Positions 28,565-41,863 of a stretch of DNA of 64,000 bases are shown here, piece after piece; the stretch's first letter is position 1, and each line of letters opens with the position of its first letter. The position numbers and the translations under genes are program-made. The notes under the pieces are model-generated. The model saw only the letters and a program-made list of their open reading frames with translations. It searched no databases and was not told the origin of the DNA. Origin of the DNA: Octopus vulgaris (lineage: Eukaryota); contig OX597838.1 in assembly GCA_951406725.2 (NCBI GenBank), positions 25,606,001 through 25,670,000 of the forward strand, in the 5' to 3' direction.

Positions 28565-29023
28565 GCATATATCCATATATATATATATATAAATGTGAGT
28601 GTATATATGTGTGTATGTATACACATACATATATATACATCTATACCTATATATAGATACAACAGGCACATAATTGTGCATGCATGAGAGCACGCACGTG
28701 TGCGTGTGTACTTGTGCATATAAGTGTGTGTGTACAAGTAATTGTGTGCACTTGTGCATGAGTGTGAGTGTGTGTGTGCACATGTACGTGTGTGTCTTAA
28801 CATCAGGTTCACATACTGATTCAACAAACAAGCACCTATCCATCTCTTCAATTTAACACAGTTTATTTTAATATTCACTTTCCAAATTCTGTCAGTCTTA
28901 AAATTTATAGCGATGTAACACATTAGTGTATTATTAGCATTTAGCCCTTGTCATGCAATGTGTAACTTTCAACATGTGTATATACACACCTAAGCATACA
29001 TACAAATACGCACACAAACACAC

Positions 29024-29067
<44 letters not shown>

Positions 29068-29068
29068 T

Positions 29069-29099
<31 letters not shown>

Positions 29100-29399
29100 C
29101 TACGTATATACATTTACATATATATATATATGCATATACATTTACATATATAGATATATATATGCATATGCATATACATATATATATGCATATGCATATA
29201 CATATATATATATGCATATGCATATACATATATATATATGCATATACATATATAGATATATATATGCATATATATTTACATATATATATATATATATATA
29301 TACGCATATACATTTACATATATATACGTATATACATTTATATATATATACACAAACACAAACATATATAGGTATATACACACACATATACATATATAA

Positions 29400-29441
<42 letters not shown>

Positions 29442-29485
29442 ATATATATGTGTGTGTATATATATAAACATATGTATATGTATAC

Positions 29486-29516
<31 letters not shown>

Positions 29517-29758
29517 TATATAAGTTTATATATATAAAAATACACACAGACATGTATTACATTTGTATTCATACAGCTAGTACTAAATAAAATATTAAAA
29601 AACACAAAAGGTAGCAAATTTACATATAAAACCCCCAAGAAATACATTTTACTAACTTTTTTTCTGCTTTTTTCAATATCTTCAAATAAATATTTAAAAA
29701 TTCAAAAAAATATATATAAAATTGAAAAAATATCCTATTTCATCCCCTCATTGCAATC

Positions 29759-29841
<83 letters not shown>

Positions 29842-30483
29842 ATGCATATATATATATATATGTATATGCATATATATATATATGTATGTATATGCATATA
29901 TATATATATATATGTACTTATGTATAGATACATATGTATGTCTGTATATATATATATATATATATATGTCCCTCATTAAGCAAGTCATTTTCTTTATTTT
30001 GCTTTGAAACTGTAGTCAAGTGTGCAACTCCCACGAAATTGAAGATAAAATAAAAATGAAATAAAATCAGATTTAAATTAAAATAAATTAATATTTCTTC
30101 TTTCTTCTTGTTATTTCATTTTCTTCCACATTTTGGGGGAGGGTGGGTATGCTGTTTTGGGGATTTTTTCTTCTTTTTTTTCATATTTTACAGAGAAGTG
30201 ATTGAGAGAGAAAATAATAAAAATATAAATATGGGGGAAAAATTAAAAAAACACACAAAAAAAAAATGAAGTATCAAAAATCTTATAAAACTTTTAAATA
30301 AATTTTTAAAAATTGGTAAAAATGAATAGAAAATACAAAGAATCTTTATTTGATTTTCTTTTATTATTTGTTGAATACTTTTGTCCTTCAAAAAAAAACC
30401 AAAAAAAAAATAGATAAGAAATATATAAATACAGAAGAATAAAATATAAAAAAATACAATTCCTATATATTTCAATGTTCATA

Positions 30484-30519
<36 letters not shown>

Positions 30520-31302
30520 TGTACATAAGATATATATGTATATATCTAATATATATAAATGTATATATATAATATGCATTCATATGTGTATATATAAAAT
30601 GTATAGGCATACATAACATATAAATATATATATATATATGCATATATAATATGCATTATATATATATATATATATATACATACACACACACACATCCACA
30701 CAGATACACACACACATATATATATACCCACCTACATATATATATATGTATGTATGTATGCATGTGCCTATGTGCACATTTATTTATGATTAAAATTAAT
30801 TAAATCATGCCACATGCTATAAAATTCTAGAGTGTTGGTTGGCAAGCTCCAATGAACCTATGTATGCAAGGAAGCTAGCCATTTTCAATAGTTGGGTTGA
30901 AGTTGCAGATTTACTTTCCTCGATTTGGAAATCCATGTCAGATTTAAGTTCCAACTGCATTCCTTCTACCATGAACATCAACTAAATCACACCTAGGATG
31001 TCATATCCATGTCACAAACAACGTCACTCCCCCATGACTTAATGCCTCCACCACTCTGGTTACCCCTTATATAACTGTGGCTACAATGACCAACATAACC
31101 ACTAACAACACTGACACCGTCACCAACACTAACACCAAGTTCAACATTGGTAACTCTATGTTTTACAAGAAAAAGTAATAATTCTAGGATTTGTCTGTTT
31201 CAAAAAAAAAAAAAAAAAGAAAATTTAATTTTCAAGCAAATTTCAAATTTTCCCTATTAATACAACCATCACCAAACACACCACCACCCCAAATTATTTA
31301 TT

Positions 31303-31372
<70 letters not shown>

Positions 31373-31637
31373 CATACATATGTATAATTAACTTTTTCCT
31401 CTCAAATATGCAAATAAATGGAAAAATTAACAACAAAAAACTGAAAACAGAACAAGCAAGTAAACAAACAACAATATGAAAACAATAACATTATTTAAAA
31501 AAACAATAATAATAATGATATTCAGAAAGGAGTAATTATGAGTGAATTGACGAAGGAGATATGGAAAAAAGAAAAAAATGAATAAAACTTAAAAATCTAA
31601 AGTAAATTCAAAACAAAAAGAGTGTTGAATAACTAAG

Positions 31638-31682
<45 letters not shown>

Positions 31683-32097
31683 CATTGAATGGAAGTGAGT
31701 GTGAAGAGAAAAATTCTACTTAACAATATTGACTGCATGCTGTAAATACTTCTCTGAATAGACAAGTTTCCATTCTTTGAAAACTCCAAAATTATTATTA
31801 TTATTATTATTATTACTATTATTATTATTATTATTACTATTATTATTATTATTATTATCATTATTATTATAAATGTTTGTGATGATTTATTAAAGATAAT
31901 AAAATTCTTATTTAACATTTTTTTTCATCCCTGATGTAAAAACATTGATTATATATATTTATGCATACATACATACATGCATACACACGTAAGTTTCTAT
32001 GTGTGTAAATATATATATATATGTATGTATGTATGAATGTGTAGGTGCATTTATGCAAGTATGTATATATATAAATCTCTGTATGTGTGTGTGCGTA

Positions 32098-32158
<61 letters not shown>

Positions 32159-32374
32159 ATGTATATATATTATCAAGTATATGCAATATATGTTGTATAT
32201 TTGTTTCTTTATACATATCCTGGTGTATAAGAATTTTGTATAAATGCAAGAATGTTTATGCATTTACACAAGATATATATACATACGTTTGTGTGTGTGT
32301 GTGCATGAGCATGTATATGTATATACCTGTGTGTGTATGTAACTTTATTTGTGTACATACTGTACACACACATA

Positions 32375-32405
<31 letters not shown>

Positions 32406-33781
32406 GAATGTACATATACACACACATATACATATATTTATGTAGGTGTATTTATATGCATCTTAAATTATTTAAAATTCTCTTTAAAAGATACTATCGT
32501 ATTTATCTCGTGTCATACATGCATATGTATATATGTATGTGTATTACCTTTGTATATACATGCACACAGCAACAACTATGAATACACATACACACACACA
32601 CCAATATACATACATATTTATATGTACACACACATATATATTTATAGATTATATATATATATATATACACACAGGTGCATGTGTGTGTGTGTGTGTGCAA
32701 ATATATGTATCTGTGTGTGCACATGTTTGGTGTGTGTATGTATGCATATATACATATTCATGCACACATACATTGTATACAAGTGCATTTTTTTGCAGTG
32801 TGTGTGTGTGTATATATATATAGATGTATATTATGCATACATATATACATACATGTTGTTTTCTTTTACAGTTTTTATAAATACTTTATTCCAGTCCAAA
32901 AACTGTTTTATTTTTAATCTTGAAATTCCAGTGTGAGGAAATAACAAGAAGCAATTCAAATTCTCACCTGGATATATATCACCCATGTTTGTTAAAGGAC
33001 AAAAAAAAAAACCTCCAAAAATAAAAAAAAAGAAACAAAAACAATGTATACAGTGGTTTGTAAATGTGTTCAATTAATTAAATTGTAACTTTAATTCATG
33101 ATTATTATGAAAGTAATAATTAATAAAAAACAAAAAACAAAAAAAAACACAGTTATCCGGTTTTAGATTTATTATTATTTTTTTTTTTCATTTCGGTTTT
33201 GATAAACGAAAACAAAATTATTGCAATGCTGTGAAGTAAATAGAAAAAAAAAATGTATTTGAAGATATGTCTTGTATGGACATAGCTAAAACTGTTTTGT
33301 TTTAAACCAGCTTTATTTTTTAAAGAATCTTTCTTATATATTTTATGGTGTGAGTGTATGCATATGTGTGTGTGCATAAATATAATTATATGTATATATA
33401 AATATATATATACACATATATTGCATATATATGTATATATATATAGACACATATATAGCATATAATATACATATATATACACATACATATATGTATACAC
33501 ACACACATATGTACACACAAATACATATATACATACATACATAGACACACACTTATGCACTGATCTATGCATAATTTTACATACATGCATAGACTTGTGT
33601 GTGTGTGTATGTATACATATATAAATACACACACCCTTACGCACTGATCTATGCATAATTTTATATATATGCGCATATTTGTGTATACACATATGTATGT
33701 ATATATATATAAATATATATATATACAAACATCATGAATCCAACCCATGCCAGCATGGAAACAGACAGATGACGATAATTA

Positions 33782-33833
<52 letters not shown>

Positions 33834-34249
33834 TACATGTATATATCTATGCATAAATGAATTAATGCATGTATAAGTATATATGAAAATATACATGCCT
33901 GAGGTGAAATACAAGTATTGATGTATGCATGTGTATGTGAAGAGAGTTTCTTTCAGCACTTTTGTATGTTTTTTCTATATGCATATAGAAAGCTGCCACT
34001 AAACACTTAACATGTATATACACTATATGCACGTGTATGTATGTATATATATATATATATATATATATACAAGTGTGTATGCAATTATGTATGGCTATAT
34101 ACATACAATGTGGATGTATATATGTTACATGTATATATGTCATATATATGATATTATGTGAATATGTAATAGACACGCACATAACTTTATATGCACATCA
34201 TACAGCCACACACATTCACATACATACATACATATGTATATATATATGC

Positions 34250-34281
<32 letters not shown>

Positions 34282-35089
34282 GTGTGTGCATATAGCGTAA
34301 TGTAATGGTTGTGAAGTATATTAAAATATATTTTACATAATCCAAACATTATGATATAGAATTCAATACCTTTGATAGAGTGGATATATATGTGTGTGTA
34401 TATATATATATATATACACACAAACATACATTTTACATCTTTCTATCTGTCAATACACACACATACATACACACATAAAGATGTATATACATACATTGCC
34501 ATACATTCATTGTATTTCATATCTCAAAAAAAAAAAAAAAAGGTTGTGTTAATAAAGAAATCTGTAGCTATAGATTTAGACTAATTACATTACTTTATTG
34601 ATTATTGCTAACGCATTTCCATTTCATATTTCCGAATAAACAAATAAATACGAAATTTCCTGGAAAACAGCTCACTTTCTTTCATCTTACCATTTTTTTG
34701 TATTGGCATCTCTTCAAGGTGATATTGAATTAACTTTCAATTAATTTGTTCAATTTAACTTTAAACCATTCATTAATCGTCTTTTAATAGAAAAGGAACA
34801 GAGCTAAACTTATGTCTAAATAAAGATAGAAATGTTTATGTATATATTTTAGGGAAAGCGAGGAGGGTATATAGTTTGAATTACAAGACACGTTACCTAC
34901 TGCATGGATGAATCGGTGAATTGAAATATTAATTATGTAAAGATGACTGTGTATATCTGAATAGGTGCATATATATGTGTGCATGCATATATATATGTTA
35001 TATATAAGTACATATGTGTATATACATATATGTACTTATATATATATATACACACTTATGTTATATATATGTACATGTGCATATATAAA

Positions 35090-35445
35090 AGGTGCCACTG
35101 TGTGGCACCTTGGGCAAGTATCTTCTACTATAGCCTCAGGCTGACCAAAGCATTGTGAGTGGATTTGGTAGATGGAAACTGAAAGAAGCCTGTCGTATAT
35201 ATGTATATATGTGTGTGTGTGTGTGTGTATGCTTGTGTGCCTGTGTTTGTCCCCCCCCCCCAGCGTCGCTTGACAACCGATGCTGGTGTGTTTACATCCC
35301 CCGTAACTTAGCGGTTCGGCAAAAGAGACCGACAGAATAAGTACTAGGCTTACAAAACATAAGTCCTGGGGTCAATTTGCTCAACTAAAAGGCGGTGCTC
35401 CAGCATGGCCACAGTAAGATGACTGAAACAAGTAAAAGAGTAAAA
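35090..35445 (+). mobile_element. SINE with internal (TA/TG)n microsatellite (third family)
   Basis: ccttgggcaagt.tcttctactatagcc...gtggatttggtagatggaaactgaaagaagcc-(TG)n-...ggtgctccagcatggcc...gactgaaac. Inverted copies occur at 52790-53160 and 53820-54255, with partials at 61570-61770 and 62380-62440. Confidence 0.85.
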
Positions 35446-36362
35446 TATATGTACTCATATATATATGTGTGTGTATATATATATATATCTACACACACAA
35501 ATGTGTGAGTGCATGCATGCACACACACACACACACATATACATATATATATATATGTATGTATATGTATATATATGTATGTATGTAAAGGTGTTTAGAG
35601 CAAGGTAATCATTTTGTGAGGCATACATTCTGTAGTAGCAGTAGTTTAGTTGTAGTAGAGTAGCTGTAATTGTAGTAACAATATTAATGATATTGATAAT
35701 GCTAGTAATTTCTTAGCTACGTAATGGAAATGAAAAACGACATCAACAGCAACAACAATAATAATAACAATAAGGCACCAATGTGTTCAATATTTCACTA
35801 ACAAGTTCACTGGAATTGGTGAGGAGCAAGAGGATGCAGACTGGGCGAGATTATGAAGATGCAAAGTGGAGAGTCTGCAAACCTGATTCGGACTAAACTT
35901 AGAGAAGCAATAATTATCTGCAGAACTGCCACCATTAACCCCTTTCTGCAATGTCTATCACTAACAAGAATTGATGTTTGAAATTACTGGCTAGAAATAA
36001 TAGCAGATTCTGTCTTCAAGATAACCACACCTCCACAAAGAGAAGGACACTATAGGATATACTATAGACCTTAACACTTATAGGGAAAAAGATAAAGATA
36101 ACATAGTCATTGCTTGAATGCCTTTGATCATAGTTATGTTAATCAAGTCAGGGTTGACCTAGGGTTAAACAACAACAACAGCATTAAGAATTACAAGAAC
36201 TATTACAATAGTAATGATGTATTTAGAGAAGACAAGACCACTGAATGAATGGAAGGAAGAACAGAACAACATGGAAATCAGAATCAAAGTTGGGAGTTAC
36301 ATAGCATAAGAGATACCAAGAGTAAAAAAATAGAAACTGCATAAAATAATAATAATAATAAT

Positions 36363-36575
36363 GTGCTGATTATTGTTTGGGCCTTGGGGACAGTATCAGA
36401 AGGTGCCGAGAGGAATATAAAGGAAATGGAAATAGGGTGCCCAGTGGAGCTGTTGCACAAATTTTGCCTCCATAGCACAGTCAGAGTCATTTGGAAAGTA
36501 TTAGACAGTTGAGGAGAACAATTAGCATGGTACTGTAAGTGGCAGGTAGCAAGATTCCAGAATCTGAGTTGTTAT
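36363..36575 (+). mobile_element. 3' fragment of R4/Dong-clade non-LTR retrotransposon in (TAA)n
   Basis: 36363-36512 reads VLIIVWALGTVSEGAERNIKEMEIGCPVELLHKFCLHSTVRVIWKVLDS*, matching the R4/Dong C-terminus (vPivvGALG...lQK..LLgTarilRkvL). (AAT)n lies on both sides. Confidence 0.85.
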
Positions 36576-36639
36576 GATGATGATAATAATAATAATAATA
36601 ATAATAACAATAATAATGATGATGATAATGATAACAACA

Positions 36640-37175
36640 AAATACAAGTATCTTGAAATTGAAATATTCAAGTTGTTGAGTATGAGGGTGAAAACAGTAT
36701 AATTAGTAATTGGAGCATTTGGTATGATTAAAAAAATATGAAAAGAAACATAAAAGCCATACCAGGGCTCACATCAGTATACATTGACCCCAAGATAGCT
36801 CTGCTAGAAACAGCCCGAATCTTTTGGAAAACACTACTGATTCAATAGAATAGCTCAAACAGAAGAATCTTCATACACAACTCACATCCTATGAAATAAG
36901 CATTTAATAATCTAAAAAAAATATAGCTTATGCAACATATACTATACAAGATTAAGGCCCAATAAAACACAATGCACATTATGCATACCATACACAACAT
37001 AACAAAGCACTCATGAAAGAAGAAACAAAATCCCATAATAAAACAAACTGACACAGTATACTAACAGGAGGAGTTTGCACTCCCCCAATCCCTACATAAA
37101 TAAGAACTCAACACTGTATGTACCTCAAGAACATGGAGGTGCACCAGGTGGTGCAGTAGAAATTTGCATGAAATT
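36640..37175 (+). mobile_element. Second R4/Dong-clade 3' fragment (different family) plus 3' UTR
   Basis: KYKYLEIEIFKLLSMRVKTV*LVIGAFGMIKK, then a frameshift, then IPGLTSVYIDPKIALLETARIFWKTLLIQ*. It is preceded and followed by AAT-rich tracts. Confidence 0.8.
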
Positions 37176-37204
37176 ACTAATGAAACAACAATAAGAATAA
37201 TATT

Positions 37205-37860
37205 CCAGCTTTTGGCACAAAGCTAAAACTTTATTCTATCAACCCCAAAAGGATAAATAGCAAAGTTCACCTTGGCAATAGCTGAACTCAGTACGAATGC
37301 CACAAAGCATTTTGTCTGACATGCTTAATGATTTTGCCAATACTAATAACACTACTAAGAATAATGGTAAAGATTCCTTTTACATACCGGAGGGATGACA
37401 GATTATTTTAGATATAAGATTTACATAAACTAGGATGAGACAAAATTAAAATACTTTTATGCAAACTCACAGATGGTACAGTCCTTGTAATACTAGCAGA
37501 TCTCTAGTTTGGGCCAATCAGAGAACTCCACAGATCCAAGATCACCTGGAGCCCCCCCCCCCCCGTGGCAATGCAAATGTCCTCTACCGAATGCTATTCC
37601 CCAGCCTACAGATATATGCTTAAAACAGTTTTAGCTCCTCTCACTATTTTTGTCATAGCCAATTGCGTTTTGGCAAATTCACTGGAGAAAACTAATAGTA
37701 ATAATAATGATAATAATAATAATAATAATATTAATGGTTTCAAATTTTGGCAGATCAGCAATTTTAGGGGAAGAGGCAGGTTGATTACATAGACCCCGGC
37801 ACTTGGTTGGTCTCTATTTCATTAACCCTGAAAGGATGAAAGGCGCATAGTCAACTTTGT
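37205..37860 (-). mobile_element. Two decayed minus-strand dominant-family SINE copies (37205-37340, 37735-37860)
   Basis: Reverse-complement core/head and tail motifs, each abutting (AAT)n. Confidence 0.7.
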
Positions 37861-38068
37861 TCAGAATCCTGTCGACAAACAATTTGTTCACTTTGTATGG
37901 TCACAGTCATGTCGAATAAAAGATCCTTTACTTGAAATATAGATAAGGGTCAGATTCAGGAAGAGCATCTGGATGTAAACAATGCCACATTAGTATATTC
38001 ATGGTAGTATAGAAAAATGGATGTAAAATAAAAGGGTGAAAAAATATATATGTATACACACGCATATA

Positions 38069-38132
<64 letters not shown>

Positions 38133-38136
<4 letters not shown>

Positions 38137-38345
38137 AGTGGTCAAACAAATAAAAGAAAGTATCACCCTATTCATACTGTTACAGCTGTAATTATTTAAT
38201 GACAGGTTGACCCAGTTCCACAATACTTAAGTTTTGTAGATGCAGAATGCACCCACATCCTCAGATGCACTGAACCAGAATAAGGAGACTATTTTGAAAA
38301 TTTTTAAATAGCTTCTAACTGAGAATATTTGAGTTTGCGTTAGTT
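38133..38345 (+). mobile_element. Mariner-like remnant
   Basis: gga gac tat ttt gaa aat ttt taa = GDYFENF*, typical of the Tc1/mariner transposase C-terminus. It follows a (TA)n tract. Confidence 0.35.
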
Positions 38346-39306
38346 GGCTCAGGTCATGTTGATACTTTGGTTAAGCGATGACATCATTTCATCCCATAAT
38401 ATGCTCCATGTGGCAGAAGCAGATAGTATATAGGTGTCAAGTGACAGTATTGATAAGTTTAGAAATATTGTAAAGAATAAATAAATAATATAAAATATAA
38501 GTATATATAAACTAGTTTCTTGATGATGTCTACTTTGCACATGACCACTGTTTCTGCATAGCCACTTGATACACTAAAAATAACAACCAAATCTTCCTCA
38601 AATCATACCCTGTTGTTTTTTAAAAAGGAAGCATACATGAGCTAAGATCTGCTGTCTGAAAAAAAAAAAAAGATTGGTTTGTCATGGCTAGAAGGCCTTT
38701 GTTCATAGACATCCCGGATCTACACTAATGGGTGAAGTGTTGGTTAAACAATGATCACAAGGGTTGGTGTGCCATATAGCCCATGGTGGAACCTTTTTGA
38801 TTTCTAAGGATAACCAGTATTAGGAATATCTTTGAATCTAAGATAATAACTGAAGAGAATTTTTTGGATTTTGTTGTATCTTGGGAAGGTCATTATGCCA
38901 GTAATATATATAAAAAAAAAACAAGCACTGGTTCTATTTTACTTCTTTGTTTTTATTAGTAAATTGGCTACCATTTAACAAATTAACTAATCAATTGTCT
39001 GATTAACCATTCAACTAATCTATCAGTCAGTTATGTTTATCAAAGTCCTTTCATTGCCATTTTTTACCTCTAGAGGTATTCTGTGAAAAACAAATCAAAG
39101 CAAAGAAGTATTGATTTCAGTACGAGCTGCATTTGACACTAGTGTCAAAAGTTAAGTGCTAAGCATTGTTAAACTTATCAAGATGAAAGGAATTCACATA
39201 TTTCAAATGAAAAAACTTTCTACCTACATGTTTAAATTAATTTTCAAATTAATCAAAATACTTGCGGAAATTTAGTAGAAATAATTAACATTATTTGATA
39301 GAACAA

Positions 39307-39547
39307 TTAACCCTTGGCCAGTCCTGTGTATCACATGTGATACACAAAACATATTTCCCTGGCTTCCATGTATCATATGTGATACACATTCCCAATTTTT
39401 TTCAACCACAAGAGTAACTTGGGACTAATGAAAGGGAAGCTTTATATTACTCATAACATATGAAACAATGGATAAGTGAAAGTCTGAAAACAAGCAAGGA
39501 TGTTTAGGACAAACTTAAGGAAAAGCTTTGGACAGGCAAAGGGTTAA
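39307..39547. mobile_element. piggyBac-type MITE nested in an older MITE
   Basis: TTAA-cccttggccagtcc (39307-39324) and ggacaggcaaaggg-TTAA (39530-39547) form a 12/14 TIR with CCC/GGG ends. A perfect internal palindrome lies at 39325-39346. Confidence 0.85.
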
Positions 39548-39943
39548 CTTATTAAGCTAATATCAGGAGTAACTTAAGCAAAATGTTTTTAGAAGGGAGG
39601 GGTATTAAAAAAAAAAATGTTTAATACAATATGAACACTTTTAAATGAAGCAAATTTTGTATGATAGACCCAGAAGCCTTTGGGTAGGGATTGGTATGAA
39701 AGGAAACAATAATGTAAAGGACTGAATGATTTGATTATAAAGGGATTTACATGTAGACCCTATCAACAGAACATCTTCAATGCATGCCTTCTTCCTCACC
39801 TACCATATCATTGACATAATGAGCTGCACTGAACAATGGAATTTGTCACACCTCTAACCCTTCTCCTTTAAAATGCAAAGACTTTCAGTCAATAAAAGAA
39901 ATGAAAATTATTATCAGCAAATTATTATTATTATTATTATTGA

Positions 39944-40157
39944 AGTTAGTGAGCTGGAAGAATTGTTAACAAGTTGGTCAAAATGCTTAGTGGCATTTCT
40001 TTCAGGTTTTTACGTTCTGAGTTTCTAATGCTGCCAAGGTTGACTTTGCCTTTCATCTCTTTGGGGTTAATAAAACAAAGTATCAATTGAGTACTGGGGC
40101 CAATGTAATCAACTACCCCTTCCCCAATAGCTGGCCCGGTGCCAAAATTGTAAACAA
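39944..40157 (+). mobile_element. Dominant-family SINE
   Basis: Full head, core and tail between ATT tracts. Confidence 0.88.
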
Positions 40158-40494
40158 TTATTATTATAATTGAGTCAGTTAAATAAAGAACCAGTCACCA
40201 TTATTCCCTTCCTTTACCCACTAAAATGTGGGGTCAGTGTTGTACCTGTTTTACAAAATCAGTATTTATCAGTAAGTATGGTAATGGCCTAGCCATACGT
40301 AGGTGATAGAGTGCAAGAAACTAAAGAACAGAACATGGCCAACATAAGACCCTGCATATGGTTGCTTGAAGTAGCAGTTAAATCTCCTCTAAATTACACA
40401 TCAGACCATCTTAAAAAGAATGATACACTAAATAATGTAGTCTAAGGTATATGATGACAAGAAGACAAAAGAAATGTATGGAACATCAATGCTT

Positions 40495-40665
40495 CTTCCT
40501 CCAGTCTTTCACTCCCCATGGGGTGTACTCCAGTGACCTCAAGTCTGGTCTGTTTTTTCTGCTTTTCCCTAGTTGGGGCCCTGACTTTTCAGATCTGCTT
40601 TAATATCCCAACTCCACCTATTTTTTGATGTCTTCACTTTTGCTTTCCTGATGGGTTCCAAGTCT
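40495..40665 (-). mobile_element. RTE LINE 3' remnant
   Basis: Minus strand reads WNPSGKQK*R, then after frameshifts DIKADLKSQGPN*GKAEK, resembling the RTE ORF end (WnP.GkRkRGRP..tW). Confidence 0.6.
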
Positions 40666-40673
40666 GAGTATGC

Positions 40674-40878
40674 ATGAGGGGCTTTGGATAAAAGGAAATA
40701 CAGGAGGAGCAGTTAATTATGATTTTATTCAAAATATTCCCCTCTCAGATTTACACACTTATTGCAGCAGTCCTTCAGTTTTTTTTTTTTTTGCCCTGTA
40801 AAAGAACTTGGAAGGTTGGCCTCCAACCAGGTCTTTTGTGATACCCTTAAAGCCAGAAACTTTTTAGTAACCCCTCAT
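40674..40878 (-). mobile_element. Mariner-derived MITE
   Basis: Ends are atgagggg / cccctcat. The minus strand encodes KKLKDCCNKCVNLRGEYFE*, a mariner transposase C-terminus. Confidence 0.75.
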
Positions 40879-41105
40879 ATATATTTCTATTTCTCTGAGG
40901 GAAGGCCACCCCACTCCCAGGTTTTCTTAGTTTTGAATTGTCATTAATGGTCTTGTAACTTTGTTTTTATTCTAGGTCAGGATGTTAGCCCTGTGCAAAT
41001 TTATTTTTACTTCAGAGAAGACGTGGCCCATATTAGTCAGGCCTCTGTGGGCTCTAGCACTCCAGCAAGGACTGCTCCCTGTTGTGGAAGGTCAGCTGAG
41101 ATGCT

Positions 41106-41548
41106 TTGACCCATTTAGCACTCAGATCACTCAGTCAAATGTAATGCTTATTAATTCATGTTGTCTTGATCATGCACTATCTCATAGCTTAGAGATTTTG
41201 ATGATGTGATTATTTATTTTTAGAATGAAATTATAAGGGTGTGTACAAGAGGCAAGAACTGGCTGGTTAAAAAATAAAACAGATAGAATATTTTGATCGG
41301 ATATGACCAGTTTAAATGCTACAGTGTTAACCGTTTACTGTTCTAATTATCCTGTTAAATGTAATGCTTATATATTCACATTGCTTTGGATTAATTATAC
41401 ATTATCTCGTAGACTTTGAAGATATGATTGTATATATTTAGACTGATATTGTAGGGTAGGTGTGAGAAGCCAGATCTAGCTGGTTTGAACATAAAACAGG
41501 TAAGCAATTTTAGCTGGATATGGCTTGTTTAACTGCTACTAAGTCAAT
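41106..41548. mobile_element. Tandem dimer of a piggyBac-type MITE
   Basis: Two ~220 bp diverged copies (shared aaatgtaatgctta, tatctc.tag, ctggtt...ataaaacag, ggatatg) joined at a single TTAA (41327-41330). Confidence 0.75.
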
Positions 41549-41863
41549 CCCAAGTTTGTTCAATCTGGGTTCAAGGCTGACCCAGGACTAAACAACAACA
41601 CCAGTGTTTGGTTTTAATTCTTTACATCTTGAATCCACATCTTAGTGCAGTGGTGAGCAACTTTATTTCTTTTCATCTGTCATTCACTCAGCAAATACAT
41701 ATTGATTCAACAGATTATCCACCACCCAGCCACACACCGCCATCCCTAAACCTTCAATCACAGCACCCTACACCTCATTTATACCTAAACATTTGTGGCT
41801 TTGTAGCCAAAGTAAGGTATCACTATTGCTATTGTTGTTGTTGTTCTTATTATTATTATTAGA

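Noticed and set aside
1893-34584. Dozens of ORFs rich in Y/I/H/T/C/V/M (e.g. 2395-2970, 28319-28843, 32349-32936, 33153-33728)
   Set aside because: They are translations of (AT)n, (CA)n and (ATAC)n microsatellites, which lack stop codons. There is no protein family signal or splice structure.
39132-39149. Perfect 18-bp palindrome tttgacactagtgtcaaa
   Set aside because: Isolated and probably part of a decayed transposon end, with no further support for a function.
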